Part shown: in pieces, positions 21,073 through 31,433 of the stretch
Position numbering within the stretch: position 1 is the stretch's first letter
Layout: every line of letters begins with the position of its first letter
NCBI GenBank assembly: GCA_009773475.1
Contig: WSXV01000003.1
Coordinates: forward strand, 91,179-155,178
Length of the DNA stretch: 64,000 bases
From: Desulfobulbaceae bacterium
GTDB lineage: Bacteria; Desulfobacterota; Desulfobulbia; Desulfobulbales; Desulfocapsaceae
Direction of reading: 5' to 3'
Program-made: the position numbers and the translations under genes
The notes under the pieces: model-generated
The model's input: the letters and a program-made list of their open reading frames with translations, nothing else
What the model was told of the DNA's origin: nothing
Database searches by the model: none

Positions 21073-21609
21073 ATGATTTTGAGGCCGATGGTTTTTGTTG
21101 GATTGTTTTTTGCGGTACTGAGTTTTAGTGGTTTGAATTTTTCTGTTGCCAGTGCAGCAGAGCTCAAGATTGGGGTAATGAATATCCAGAAGGTGCTTCT
21201 TGAATCAGTTTCCGGAAAAGCAGCCAAGAGTATGTTTGAGGCTAAGGCAAAAGAGTTAAAGGGGAAATTCCAGAACGAGGAAAATGCCTTAACCGCGATG
21301 CAGCAGGAAATTGAAAAGAAGAGTTCTGCCTGGAGTGCCGAAAAGAAAGAGGCCCAAGTTCGTGAGTATCAAAAGAAAGGACGTGAATTTCAGGTGAAGA
21401 CCGAGGACGCCCGTTTTGAACTCAAGCAGTTGCAGGATAAAGAGCTTGAGCCCATTTTAAAGACCTTGCAGGCTATTGTTGAGGACTACGGCAAGAAAAA
21501 TGGTTATACGGTGATTCTTGATTCCAAGATTGGTGTACTGTATGCTAATACTGCTGTTGATGTCAGCGTGGAATTGACCAAGGCGCTTGATCAGGCGATG
21601 AAGAAATAA
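21073..21609 (+). CDS. OmpH/Skp family periplasmic chaperone
   Basis: Signal peptide, KIGVMNIQKVL start, and Lys/Glu-rich coiled arms. Confidence 0.8.
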   Translation: MILRPMVFVGLFFAVLSFSGLNFSVASAAELKIGVMNIQKVLLESVSGKAAKSMFEAKAKELKGKFQNEENALTAMQQEIEKKSSAWSAEKKEAQVREYQKKGREFQVKTEDARFELKQLQDKELEPILKTLQAIVEDYGKKNGYTVILDSKIGVLYANTAVDVSVELTKALDQAMKK

Positions 21610-21655
21610 TTTCATTTTTAGGTGTAAGCCTGGCACAGTTGTAGATGTGCGAAAA

Positions 21656-21700
21656 AACGATGCAAGGGAAGATGATACCTTTGCATCGTTTTTTATTTTT
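21656..21700 (+). terminator. intrinsic terminator after skp
   Basis: AACGATGCAA ... TTGCATCGTT followed by TTTTATTTTTT. Confidence 0.7.
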
Positions 21701-21754
21701 TCCTTTGTCCTTATTTTGTAGATCCACCTTTAAACGAAGTTTAGAGGGCGTCAT

Positions 21755-22696
21755 GTGCAAGTCGGCACCGCCGCCAGTGTCATTCTGCGTCTTCTCAAAG
21801 CACTGTCCCTTACTTTTTCATTGCCGCTAGCCAGCTTTTGCGGTGAACTTGAATATTATTTCGCCTCGCCGACATTGCAACCACTTGAATTTATAAAACT
21901 GACTCCACTCACAAATTGTGGAGAGTGCGGATATGCCGCCTGTCTGGCATTTGCGGCAGCAGTAACCAAGGGCGGTGAGAATCCGCAGAAGTGTCCTTAT
22001 GTGGACGCAAACCTTCTTGGTGAGGAGTTCGCCCCGGCTGAGATGGGCTCTGAGCGGTCCGGTGTTGCCGGGCTGCTCGATGAAAAAGATAAAGCCCTTG
22101 TGGCTCATTTGAAAAGCAAGGTGCGAGAGCTGGATTTTTCCCTTATTGCGTCTAAACTTGGGTGTACATGGTCAGGTCCAACAACAGACCTTTTACGATT
22201 TCGTTATCTTGGGCATGATGCGACCCTCTCCCGTGAAGGTGTTTTTTTTGGCGGAAAAGAGGTCGAGGAGCCGCGCGATCAGATTCTTTTGTATAATTAT
22301 GTCTACTATGGTGGTGGCGGAGACCTATCCGGTGAGTGGGTGGGGATGGAATCTTTACCGAACTCCATCTCCAAAGTGCGAACTTTGCGGGTCTATTGTG
22401 AAGAGCGGATTGCAGCGTATTTTTGTGGGAAAAAAGCCTTGCTCAGAGAGTCTGCCGGCAAGATTGACGGGGTATTGGAAGATGTTCAGGAACAGTCTTG
22501 TGCCGTTTCCTTTGAGGTGGCAGTGTTGCCGTGCCTACCGATGATGATGCTTTTCTGGGATGAAGAGCGTGACGAGGGGTTCCCCCCCAGAGTGAAGGTT
22601 CTCTTTGATCGGAACGTGCTTGCTGTTTTAGATTTGGAATCCCTGGTCTTTGCTTCCGAGCGAATGGCCGAGCGATTAGTGGAGTTGAGCCAATGA
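21755..22696 (+). CDS. Fe-S cluster domain protein fused to a DUF3786-like domain
   Basis: LTNCGECGYAACLAFAAAVTKGGENPQKCPYVD matches the RnfB-type N-terminal Fe-S motif. The remainder resembles DUF3786. The start codon is uncertain. Confidence 0.55.
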   Translation: MQVGTAASVILRLLKALSLTFSLPLASFCGELEYYFASPTLQPLEFIKLTPLTNCGECGYAACLAFAAAVTKGGENPQKCPYVDANLLGEEFAPAEMGSERSGVAGLLDEKDKALVAHLKSKVRELDFSLIASKLGCTWSGPTTDLLRFRYLGHDATLSREGVFFGGKEVEEPRDQILLYNYVYYGGGGDLSGEWVGMESLPNSISKVRTLRVYCEERIAAYFCGKKALLRESAGKIDGVLEDVQEQSCAVSFEVAVLPCLPMMMLFWDEERDEGFPPRVKVLFDRNVLAVLDLESLVFASERMAERLVELSQ

Positions 22697-23694
22697 ATAG
22701 TCAGTTGATACAGTATGTGCCACGATTTGCTGAAGCCAGAATTTTGGTGATTGGCGATATCATTGTCGATCATTTTATCTGGGGGACGGTCACCCGGATT
22801 TCTCCTGAGGCCCCGGTACCGGTGGTCAATGTCACCCGTGAGGAGATGCTGCTGGGTGGCGGTGCCAATGTCCTGCACAATATCTATTCCCTGGGCGGCA
22901 AGGCGGCTTTGTGTGGTGTTATCGGCAATGATGAAATGGGCGGCCGGTTGCAACAGTTGATGATTGATCTGGGAGCTCCCATTTCCGGGCTTGTCCAGGG
23001 GAAGAGGCCAACCACGGTGAAGACCCGTGTCGTTGCCCAGGGACAACAGGTGGTTCGTTTTGATCGTGAGCAGACGGGCGTGCCGGCTGAGCAGACTATT
23101 TCCGCCATGCTTGCCTTTATTGATGAGCATCTTGTTGATTTTGACGTGGTGATTATATCCGATTATTATAAGGGGGTGATCTCCCAGCCTCTTATGCACC
23201 ATTTATTGCATAGAGTTAAGCTGCTTGAGCAGGAGAGAGGCCGCAGGATTCCAGTGGTTGTTGATCCCAAGCCCGATCAGCCGTCCAGGTTTGTCGGGGC
23301 CACTATTCTTACCCCCAATCATCTTGAGGCCGAGAAGATGTCAGGCATGCGGATCAACAGCGAGCATGAGTTGATTGAAGCTGCTGAAATTCTGCAGCAT
23401 AAATTTTCCTGTGAAGCCGTGTTGATTACTCGCGGTGAAGCCGGAATGTCTCTGCTTGAACGGGGAAAGGAGATTGTCACGATCCCGACGATGGCCCGGG
23501 AGGTCTTTGATGTAACCGGCGCCGGCGACACCGTTATTGCCACCCTGGCCCTTGGTCTGGCAGCAGGCGCCTCTTTTGTGGAGGCGGCTACCCTTGCTAA
23601 TGTGGCAGCCGGCATCGTGGTGGGCAAGATTGGAACCGCAACGGTTAATAGTGCTGAGATTATGGCAGAGCTGCATGGGGAGTTGGAAGGTTAG
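22693..23694 (+). CDS. rfaE1: D-glycero-beta-D-manno-heptose-7-phosphate kinase (RfaE domain I, PfkB family)
   Basis: ILVIGDIIVDHF..G...RISPEAPVPVV start and the PfkB C-terminal motif DVTGAGDTV. Confidence 0.75.
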   Translation: MNSQLIQYVPRFAEARILVIGDIIVDHFIWGTVTRISPEAPVPVVNVTREEMLLGGGANVLHNIYSLGGKAALCGVIGNDEMGGRLQQLMIDLGAPISGLVQGKRPTTVKTRVVAQGQQVVRFDREQTGVPAEQTISAMLAFIDEHLVDFDVVIISDYYKGVISQPLMHHLLHRVKLLEQERGRRIPVVVDPKPDQPSRFVGATILTPNHLEAEKMSGMRINSEHELIEAAEILQHKFSCEAVLITRGEAGMSLLERGKEIVTIPTMAREVFDVTGAGDTVIATLALGLAAGASFVEAATLANVAAGIVVGKIGTATVNSAEIMAELHGELEG

Positions 23695-23856
23695 ACAGAC
23701 CAAAGCCCAAGGCTAAAGGTTAAATTACTTTCCCGTAAAACAACAGGAGAGTCAATACAACCAGCTGTTATTCTGTGTGGCCAGTGCTTGCAAATATGAA
23801 ATAAATCTGAAGGGGATAGCCCTTCAGATATCTTTTAAAGAAGGAAAAAGAAAAGA

Positions 23857-24738
23857 ATGACGTGTAGAAGTATGACCGGTTTTGGCCGGGGAGAGGTCAC
23901 GTCCGGCGGCCGCCTGTGGGTGGCGGAAGTGCGTTGTGTCAATAATCGTTATCTTGATCTGAAAATTAAGCTGCCTCAAGGATATGGGGTGGTTGAAGAG
24001 CGGCTCCGAAAAATGGTGAGTGGCTATCATCAGCGTGGCCGGGTTGATTTGTGTCTGAGCGTGAACGGCAACAGTTCTGATCTGGTGCGGATGCGTGTCA
24101 ATATGGAGTTGGTCAGGGCCTATAAGTCTGCCATTGAGGAAATCGCCAGCGAATTGGGTGGAGCGGTTGTTGTGGATGCCGCGTTTGTGGCGTCTCGTCC
24201 CGAAGTCTTGATTCAGGAGCAGCAAGGTGAGGATGTCGAGGCAGCCTGGCCTTTTCTTGAGCAGGCCGTGGAACAGGCCTTGGTTGCCTGTGAGATCATG
24301 CGCCATCAGGAGGGAGAGGCCATGGTCAGTGACCTCCTGGCCCGGTTGCAGGTGTTTGTTCGTCATCTTGACACCATCGAGACAGCCGTTCCGGAACTCT
24401 TGAAACAACGGGAGCAAATTCTTGGCGAGCGCTTACAGAAATTGCTGGGGAATGTGCAGCTTGATGAGCAGCGATTAAGTCAGGAGGTGGCCATCCTGGC
24501 TGATAAAACGGATGTTACCGAGGAGATTGTCAGGCTGAAGAGTCACATGGGCCAATTGCAATCCTTCCTGGGCGAGAAAGAGGCGGTGGGGAGGAAGTTG
24601 GATTTTCTCCTCCAGGAATTTCTGCGTGAAGTCAATACCCTTGCCTCCAAAATCAGCGATGCCCCTATCGCCAGTCTTACAGTTGAGTTGAAGAGTGAAC
24701 TGGAGAAGATGCGCGAACAGGTGCAGAATATTGAGTAG
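23857..24738 (+). CDS. yicC: YicC/YloC family endoribonuclease
   Basis: SMTGFGRGE start and the C-terminal DUF1732 block KLDFLLQEFLREVNTLASK. Confidence 0.9.
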   Translation: MTCRSMTGFGRGEVTSGGRLWVAEVRCVNNRYLDLKIKLPQGYGVVEERLRKMVSGYHQRGRVDLCLSVNGNSSDLVRMRVNMELVRAYKSAIEEIASELGGAVVVDAAFVASRPEVLIQEQQGEDVEAAWPFLEQAVEQALVACEIMRHQEGEAMVSDLLARLQVFVRHLDTIETAVPELLKQREQILGERLQKLLGNVQLDEQRLSQEVAILADKTDVTEEIVRLKSHMGQLQSFLGEKEAVGRKLDFLLQEFLREVNTLASKISDAPIASLTVELKSELEKMREQVQNIE

Positions 24739-24786
24739 GTTGAAGATGTTGAAGCAGTTTTTTACTCTGCTTACAAAGGTTGCTGA

Positions 24787-25086
24787 ATGAAGCTCTTAAA
24801 TGTTGGGTTTGGGAATACGGTCGTCGTGGAACGCATTGTTGCCGTATTGAACGCGGGGTCTTCACCTTCGCGGAAATTGAAGGAGGTGGCCAAGCAGGAG
24901 GGGAAACTCCTGGATGCCACCGAAGGAAGAAGAACCCGTTCCATGCTGGTGATGGATTCCAGCCACCTGATTCTTTCCTCCGTCCAGCCCGATACCATCG
25001 GCCAGCGCCTGGCAGTGCTGGAGGCGGAGTATCATCTTGAGGAATATCAGCAGTCGCATAAGCCGGCAAAACAGGACGGGCTATGA
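24787..25086 (+). CDS. remA: RemA/DUF370 family regulator
   Basis: MKLLNVGFGNTVVVERIVAV...SSPSRKL...ATEGRRTRS. Confidence 0.85.
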   Translation: MKLLNVGFGNTVVVERIVAVLNAGSSPSRKLKEVAKQEGKLLDATEGRRTRSMLVMDSSHLILSSVQPDTIGQRLAVLEAEYHLEEYQQSHKPAKQDGL

Positions 25087-25709
25087 TAACCGGGAAATTG
25101 TTCATTTTTTCAGCGCCATCCGGGGCCGGGAAGACAACATTGTTGAAGAAGGTGATGGCGGATGTGCCTGGTCTTGCCTTCTCGGTCTCACATACCACAC
25201 GATCGCCGCGTTCCGGGGAAAAGGATGGCGTCGATTATTATTTTGTCAGTCGAGGGGAGTTCGAGACCATGCGGGAGCAGAGTGCCTTCCTCGAATGGGC
25301 CGAGGTCCATGGGAATTTCTATGGAACCAGCGGGCCGGCAGTATTTGCCCAAGTGTCGAGTGGTATTGATGTGGTGCTTGACATCGATATTCAGGGGGCA
25401 GCCATTCTTCGTACCTCGGCCAAGATTCCAGCCACCATTTCTGCCGCTTCCCTCTTTATCACCCCACCATCTTTGCAGGAGTTGGAGCGGCGTCTTCGCG
25501 GTCGAGGAACTGACAGTGAAGAGACCATTCTTCTCAGAATGCGGAATGCCAGAAGAGAGATGCAGGAGGCGTTGGCATATGACTATCTTGTCGTCAATGA
25601 CACGCTGGAGCAGGCCATTGATACCGTGCGTGCCATTATCATTGCCGAGCGCAGTCGGGGACATCGCCTTCCCACCGGGGAAGCCATTAAGATCGTGAGT
25701 GAGCCATGA
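25083..25709 (+). CDS. gmk: guanylate kinase
   Basis: P-loop SAPSGAGKTTL and TTRSPRSGEKDGVDYYF. Confidence 0.95.
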   Translation: MITGKLFIFSAPSGAGKTTLLKKVMADVPGLAFSVSHTTRSPRSGEKDGVDYYFVSRGEFETMREQSAFLEWAEVHGNFYGTSGPAVFAQVSSGIDVVLDIDIQGAAILRTSAKIPATISAASLFITPPSLQELERRLRGRGTDSEETILLRMRNARREMQEALAYDYLVVNDTLEQAIDTVRAIIIAERSRGHRLPTGEAIKIVSEP

Positions 25710-26509
25710 AGGAAAGAAAAGAAGAGAAAACGCGGCAGAGTCGGACTATCAGCATGGAGGATGGTCTGCTCTGGGGAACGCATCCGGTCTATGAGGCTTT
25801 GGAACAGGAGCCGGAGAGAATCAGCGAGGTTATTCTGCACTCGGATCGGAAAGGGGCAAAAAGGGAAGAAATTATTGCCCTGGCCAAAGGGGCAGGAATA
25901 AAGCTTTCTTTTGTCACCTCGATTCATCTGGTCGGCCCTGATGCGGCCCAGGCCCGTCATCAGGGAATCGTGGCGAAGACCAGTCAGGCGGCGCTGCTCC
26001 CCTTTGAGACCCTGCTCGCCAATTTTGCGGCAGGGGTTCTGCGAGGCGAGCGGCCCCGGCTGATTGTCCTTGATTCCATGCAGGACCCCCATAATCTTGG
26101 GGCGATCATCCGTTCAGCCCACGCCTCCGGAATGAGCGGAGTCCTGATAACCAGAGAGCGTTCCGCCCCCCTTGGCGGGACAGCGGCCAAGGCCTCTGCC
26201 GGGGCCATTTCTCATATTGATATCTGCCAGGTGGTCAATCTGGCCACCGCTCTGGAAAAGCTAAAGAAGGTCGGTGCTTGGGTCTTCGGGGCAGTGAAGG
26301 AAGATGCGGCGCAGTCCATTTACAAAACAGATTTCAACCTTCCCGCCTGTGTGGTTGTTGGCAGTGAGGGGCAGGGCATCAGGCCGCTGGTGCGGCAGCA
26401 CTGCGATGTACTGATCTCCATTCCCATGGCGGGCACCCTCGATTCCTTGAACAGCTCGGTGGCTGCCGGGGTGATTATGTTCGAGATGCTCAGGCAAAGC
26501 GGGGTGTAG
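25706..26509 (+). CDS. rlmB: 23S rRNA (guanosine-2'-O)-methyltransferase RlmB (SpoU/TrmH family)
   Basis: SpoU motifs (DPHNLGAIIRSA, VVGSEGQGIR, IPMAGTLDSLNSSVA). Confidence 0.8.
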   Translation: MKERKEEKTRQSRTISMEDGLLWGTHPVYEALEQEPERISEVILHSDRKGAKREEIIALAKGAGIKLSFVTSIHLVGPDAAQARHQGIVAKTSQAALLPFETLLANFAAGVLRGERPRLIVLDSMQDPHNLGAIIRSAHASGMSGVLITRERSAPLGGTAAKASAGAISHIDICQVVNLATALEKLKKVGAWVFGAVKEDAAQSIYKTDFNLPACVVVGSEGQGIRPLVRQHCDVLISIPMAGTLDSLNSSVAAGVIMFEMLRQSGV

Positions 26510-26578
26510 TCGCCTGCAGGCTGTTTCGGTCGTTAAGAGGACGCGAGGTGGTTGTTCGGTAGGCTTGTGCAGAGAGCA

Positions 26579-26926
26579 TTATTGGCCAGGAGCGAGAAAT
26601 GCTTCGGCGTATTTTTTAAAAATTCTTCTTCCCTCCTCAGAAATATCCTGAAATACAATGCCGGTAATCTGGCACTTGCCCCCATCTTCTGTGTAGGCAA
26701 CCTCGCCACGGAGATCAATAAGATCATCTTCCAGGCCAACGGTAATGAGCAGGGAATCTCCCTTGGCGATTTTCTCGACTGTTTCCAGTTTAAGGCCATT
26801 CTCACTGACATCAAGAGTTCGTCCCATGGAGTATGTCGTTTGCAGACCATTCCGGTCAATGATGAGATAGTCGAGGAGATGAAGGGCGTTTTTCCGAATG
26901 AAACGTCGTTGTTCTGATGGTGTCAT
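26579..26926 (-). CDS. PilZ domain protein
   Basis: QRRFIRK and DVSENG (RxxxR ... D/NxSxxG) c-di-GMP binding motifs. Confidence 0.7.
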   Translation of the reverse strand: MTPSEQRRFIRKNALHLLDYLIIDRNGLQTTYSMGRTLDVSENGLKLETVEKIAKGDSLLITVGLEDDLIDLRGEVAYTEDGGKCQITGIVFQDISEEGRRIFKKYAEAFLAPGQ

Positions 26927-26928
26927 AA

Positions 26929-28050
26929 TTATTCTTGCGACGATGGAAGTAATTTGTCGGGAAAGAGGGCGTGGATTGCATGTTTGCTGGGTTGCACGAT
27001 TCCTCTTTCTGTGATGAGTGCGCTGACAAGCCGAGACGGAGTGATATCAAAGCTGAAATTAACAGCCTGCGTTCCTGGTGCTGCCAGTTGTACGGATTTG
27101 ATTTTGCCGGTGTGATCGATGCCGCTGATCCACAGAATCTCCTCCCCTGAGCGCTGCTCAATGGGAATCTCCGTCCCCTTCGTCAGCCTCCAATCAAAGG
27201 TGGAGGAGGGCAGGGCGACATAAAATGGAACATGGTTGTCATGGGCGGCCAGGGCCTTGAGATAGGTACCTATCTTGTTGGCCACATCCCCAGTGTGGGT
27301 GGTGCGATCACTGCCGACAATGACCATGTCCACCATTCCCTGCTGCATCAGATGCCCACCGGCATTGTCGGTAATAAGGGTGTTGGCGATCCCTTCCTGC
27401 TGCAGCTCCCAGGCAGTGAGCTTGGCCCCTTGATTCCAGGGGCGGGTCTCATCCACCCAGACATGCACCGCAATGCCGGCATCTCTTGCCGCGTAAATGG
27501 GGGCGGTGGCGCTGCCGTAATCAACAAAGGCCAGCCATCCCGCATTACAGTGGGTGAGGATATTCACCGGCGCCCCGTTTTTCTTCCGGCTGATGGCTTC
27601 TATCAGCTCAAGTCCGTGCTCGCCTATCTGTTTGCAGAAGGCAGCGTCTTCATCGGCAATCTCACAGGCGGTCTTGTAGGCTTTTTTCTTTTTGTCAGCT
27701 CCCGTCCGAACGGTTTTGACAGAGGTGAGGATCCGCTCAACGGCCCATCCTAAGTTCCTCGCGGTGGGCCGACTGTCATTCAGCCGTCTTGCGGCCTCCT
27801 CAAGAACCTCATCAACCGCTTCCTCCGGGGCATTGATTGCCGCCAGATACATACCAAAGCCTGCAGTGGCACCGATCAGCCCGGCACCTCGCACATGCAT
27901 ATCTTTAATGGCCGTTATGGCGTCATCCAGACAGCGTAAATGTTCGATGACGAATTGATGGGGAAGCTGTCGCTGATCAATAATACAGATTTCGCTCTCA
28001 TTCTCTGCGTCAGCCCAGATGGTTCTGAAATGTGTTCCGTGAATGCGCAT
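26929..28050 (-). CDS. mtnA: S-methyl-5-thioribose-1-phosphate isomerase (eIF-2B-like family)
   Basis: IIDQRQLPH..., MHVRGAGLIGA, THCNAG, VWVDETRP, VGSDR motifs. Confidence 0.85.
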   Translation of the reverse strand: MRIHGTHFRTIWADAENESEICIIDQRQLPHQFVIEHLRCLDDAITAIKDMHVRGAGLIGATAGFGMYLAAINAPEEAVDEVLEEAARRLNDSRPTARNLGWAVERILTSVKTVRTGADKKKKAYKTACEIADEDAAFCKQIGEHGLELIEAISRKKNGAPVNILTHCNAGWLAFVDYGSATAPIYAARDAGIAVHVWVDETRPWNQGAKLTAWELQQEGIANTLITDNAGGHLMQQGMVDMVIVGSDRTTHTGDVANKIGTYLKALAAHDNHVPFYVALPSSTFDWRLTKGTEIPIEQRSGEEILWISGIDHTGKIKSVQLAAPGTQAVNFSFDITPSRLVSALITERGIVQPSKHAIHALFPDKLLPSSQE

Positions 28051-28324
28051 ATCAGGAAGATAATCCTCAAATGAGGGAAGAAGGGGGCTGGAAATGAGAA
28101 ATAACTAATTCAATTAGTTAAGGATACCCACCCTGCCTTGAAATGTAAATCATTTCATCGAGAAAAGGGGAAACCTTACATCTGATATAATTGAAACAAT
28201 GTTAACAAAATTGATATTTAATAATTTTATTATAACGAAAACGTAATTTTATGCATTGTCTGTTGTTGCGTTAATTCCACTGAAAAGTTAATTATTCAAA
28301 TGTGTTAGCATTTTTATATATAGC

Positions 28325-28340
28325 TGGCATGTCTTTTGTA
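28325..28340 (+). promoter_or_regulatory. weak sigma-54 (-24/-12)-like promoter upstream of amt
   Basis: TGGCATGTCTTTTGTA compared with consensus TGGCACGnnnnTTGCW. GG and spacing are correct, but the -12 element is GT rather than GC. Confidence 0.3.
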
Positions 28341-28478
28341 TTATCACGGGGAGACAGCATGAATTGTATCCGGATATTGTTCATGACGTCTCTGGTTGGT
28401 GTAAGGATCTGGTAGGAGAAGAGAAGGTGCGGGGACGGGAGACCCTGAGTTAGATTTTTTCAACATTAAGGGGGAAGA

Positions 28479-29699
28479 GTGAATAAGGCGGATACAGCAT
28501 TTGTCCTGGCAGCGGCTGGGTTAGTGTTACTGATGACTCCCGGGCTGGCCCTTTTTTATGGAGGGATGGTACGGGGTAAGAATGTGTTGGGAACGATCAT
28601 GCAAAGTTTTTTTATGATCGCCCTTGTTTCCATTGAGTGGGTTTATGTTGGCTACTCTATGTCCTTTGGACCTGATGTCGGCGGGGTTATCGGAGACCTT
28701 TCCTGGTTTGCCCTCAAGGGTGTGGGGAGTGTCCCTAGCCTTGACTATGCAACGACGATCCCGCATACTGTGTTTATGATTTATCAGTGCATGTTTGCGA
28801 TTATAACCCCGGCGCTTATCACTGGTGCTTTTGCTGAACGGGTACGGTTTTCTTCTTTTCTGGTTTTTGCTCTGTTCTGGACGGTGTTGGTTTACAATCC
28901 CGTCTGTCATTGGGTCTGGGGGAAGGGAGGGTGGCTGGCGCAGATGGGGGTGCTGGATTTTGCCGGTGGCCTGGTGGTGCATGTGACCTGTGGGGCCGCA
29001 GCCCTGGCGGCGGTTCTAGTGGTGGGACCAAGGCGGGGATATGGGCGGACCAGTTTTATGCCCCATAATCTGCCGATGACCCTGATGGGAACCGGACTTC
29101 TCTGGTTCGGCTGGTTTGGCTTTAACGGCGGATCGGCGCTGGCGGCAAATGAAGTAGCAGCCACCGCTTTTGTTGCCACCCATTTCGCTGGTATGGCTGG
29201 GATGTTGATGTGGGTCATCATGGAGCGAATTGTCATGGGCAACGCCACAACCTTGGGGGCAGCCTCCGGGGCCATTGCAGGACTTGCCACCATTACGCCG
29301 GCGGCTGGCTTTGTCGGTCCGAACGCGGCAATTGTTATTGGACTACTGGCAGGGGTTGTTTGTTTTCTAGCTGTACGCCTGAAGACCCGGTTCAAATTTG
29401 ATGACTCACTGGACGTGGTGGGAATCCATGGGGTTGGCGGTGTGGTGGGAACATTGTGTTTGGGAATTTTTGCCTCCACCCAGGTGAATCCTGGAGGGGT
29501 TGATGGGCTGCTGGCTGGAAACGCGGCGCAGATTGTGAAGCAGGCTATAGGGATTGTGGTGGTTGGAGGCTATACCCTGGTGGTCAGCTGGATTCTTTTG
29601 AAAGTCATTGATGCCGTAATGGGCCTCAGGCTGACGGAAGAGGCCGAGGTTGTCGGGCTTGATTCAGTTGAGCATTCGGAAACGGCGTATAACCATTAA
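28479..29699 (+). CDS. amt: ammonium transporter (Amt family), copy 1
   Basis: GTG start after AAGGGGGAAG. Motifs: LMTPGLALFYGGM, DFAGG.VVH, GVHG.GG. Confidence 0.95.
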   Translation: MNKADTAFVLAAAGLVLLMTPGLALFYGGMVRGKNVLGTIMQSFFMIALVSIEWVYVGYSMSFGPDVGGVIGDLSWFALKGVGSVPSLDYATTIPHTVFMIYQCMFAIITPALITGAFAERVRFSSFLVFALFWTVLVYNPVCHWVWGKGGWLAQMGVLDFAGGLVVHVTCGAAALAAVLVVGPRRGYGRTSFMPHNLPMTLMGTGLLWFGWFGFNGGSALAANEVAATAFVATHFAGMAGMLMWVIMERIVMGNATTLGAASGAIAGLATITPAAGFVGPNAAIVIGLLAGVVCFLAVRLKTRFKFDDSLDVVGIHGVGGVVGTLCLGIFASTQVNPGGVDGLLAGNAAQIVKQAIGIVVVGGYTLVVSWILLKVIDAVMGLRLTEEAEVVGLDSVEHSETAYNH

Positions 29700-29729
29700 G
29701 TACTTAAAAAATTGTGTTAAAAGGAGACG

Positions 29730-30947
29730 ATGATGAATAGTGGAGATACCGCTTTTGTGCTCATTGCCACGGCAATGGTGATGTTGATGACACCGGGGCT
29801 AGCCCTGTTTTATGGAGGCCTGGTGCGGAAAAAAAATGTATTGGCTACGACCATGCAAAGTTTTATTACGCTTGGGATTATCTCAGTAATCTGGCTGGTA
29901 TATGGCTATTCACTGGCCTTTGGCCCCGATGTCGGCCATTTTATCGGGAACCTTGATTATGCTTGGCTGAAAAATGTTGGCCTTGAGCCCGGACCATATT
30001 CCGAGACGATTCCGGATTTATTGTTCTGTGCCTTTCAGCTCATGTTTGCCATTATTACCCCGGCCCTGATTACCGGTGCCTTTGCCGAGAGGATGAAATT
30101 TCCAGCCTTTCTTGCCTTTACCATCTTGTGGTCAACCTGCGTTTATATGCCTGTGTGCCATTGGGTCTGGGGCAAGGGCGGGTGGCTGGGCGCGATGGGT
30201 GCCCTTGATTTCGCCGGTGGTACCGTTATTCATATCAACTCCGGTGCGGCAGCCCTGGTGGCAGCCTTGGTTTTTGGCAAACGGAAGGGCTACGGGCGGG
30301 ATTCCATGCATCCGCATAATCTCCCCATGACGGTCCTTGGTGCCGGTCTGCTCTGGTTTGGCTGGTTCGGATTTAACGCCGGTAGTGCCCTTTCCGCCGG
30401 CCCCATAGCTGTTCTTGCTCTGATGACCACGCAGATCGCAACGGGTGCTGGTGCCCTTACCTGGATTATCGCGGAATGGAAGATCCAGGGAAAACCCACT
30501 ACTTTGGGAGCTGCTTCCGGCGCTCTGGCCGGACTGGTGGCGATAACTCCAGGGGCAGGCTTTGTGACTCCGGTTTCGGCCTTGATCATGGGCGCTGTGG
30601 CTGGTGTAATCTGTTATCTTGCGGTAATCGCCAAGTCTAAGATTGGCTACGATGATTCTCTGGACGTTGTCGGTGTGCACGGAGTTGGTGGTATCTGGGG
30701 TGCCCTTGCCACTGGTATCTTTGCTTCATCGGCGGTTAATTCTGCAGGAAAGGGGCTTCTTGACGGCAATCCTCATCAGCTTTTGGTGCAGGCAACCGGT
30801 GTTGGCGCAACCATCGTTTACTCGGTGATTGTGACCTATATCCTCCTGAAAATCATAGACGTTACCATTGGTCTTCGGGTAAGTTCGGACGATGAGACGC
30901 AGGGCCTGGATTTGACCCAGCACAGTGAGGTCGGTTATAACCTGTAA
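29730..30947 (+). CDS. amt: ammonium transporter (Amt family), copy 2
   Basis: Tandem paralogue of the preceding gene with the same Amt signatures. Confidence 0.95.
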   Translation: MMNSGDTAFVLIATAMVMLMTPGLALFYGGLVRKKNVLATTMQSFITLGIISVIWLVYGYSLAFGPDVGHFIGNLDYAWLKNVGLEPGPYSETIPDLLFCAFQLMFAIITPALITGAFAERMKFPAFLAFTILWSTCVYMPVCHWVWGKGGWLGAMGALDFAGGTVIHINSGAAALVAALVFGKRKGYGRDSMHPHNLPMTVLGAGLLWFGWFGFNAGSALSAGPIAVLALMTTQIATGAGALTWIIAEWKIQGKPTTLGAASGALAGLVAITPGAGFVTPVSALIMGAVAGVICYLAVIAKSKIGYDDSLDVVGVHGVGGIWGALATGIFASSAVNSAGKGLLDGNPHQLLVQATGVGATIVYSVIVTYILLKIIDVTIGLRVSSDDETQGLDLTQHSEVGYNL

Positions 30948-31006
30948 TTAGAAGATGGGTAGAAAGGGAATGACGAGTGGAAATGTTTTCAACACATCAG
31001 AAATGA

Positions 31007-31393
<387 letters not shown>

Positions 31394-31433
31394 GAACCGT
31401 TATAAAATAAGCAGCGCTTTTCTGCTTATTTCA

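Noticed and set aside
21631-21646. Sigma-54-like TGGCAC upstream of the DUF3786-like gene.
   Set aside because: The -24 half (TGGCAC) is perfect, but the position where TTGC should be reads TAGA. The site also sits upstream of the skp terminator rather than downstream of it.
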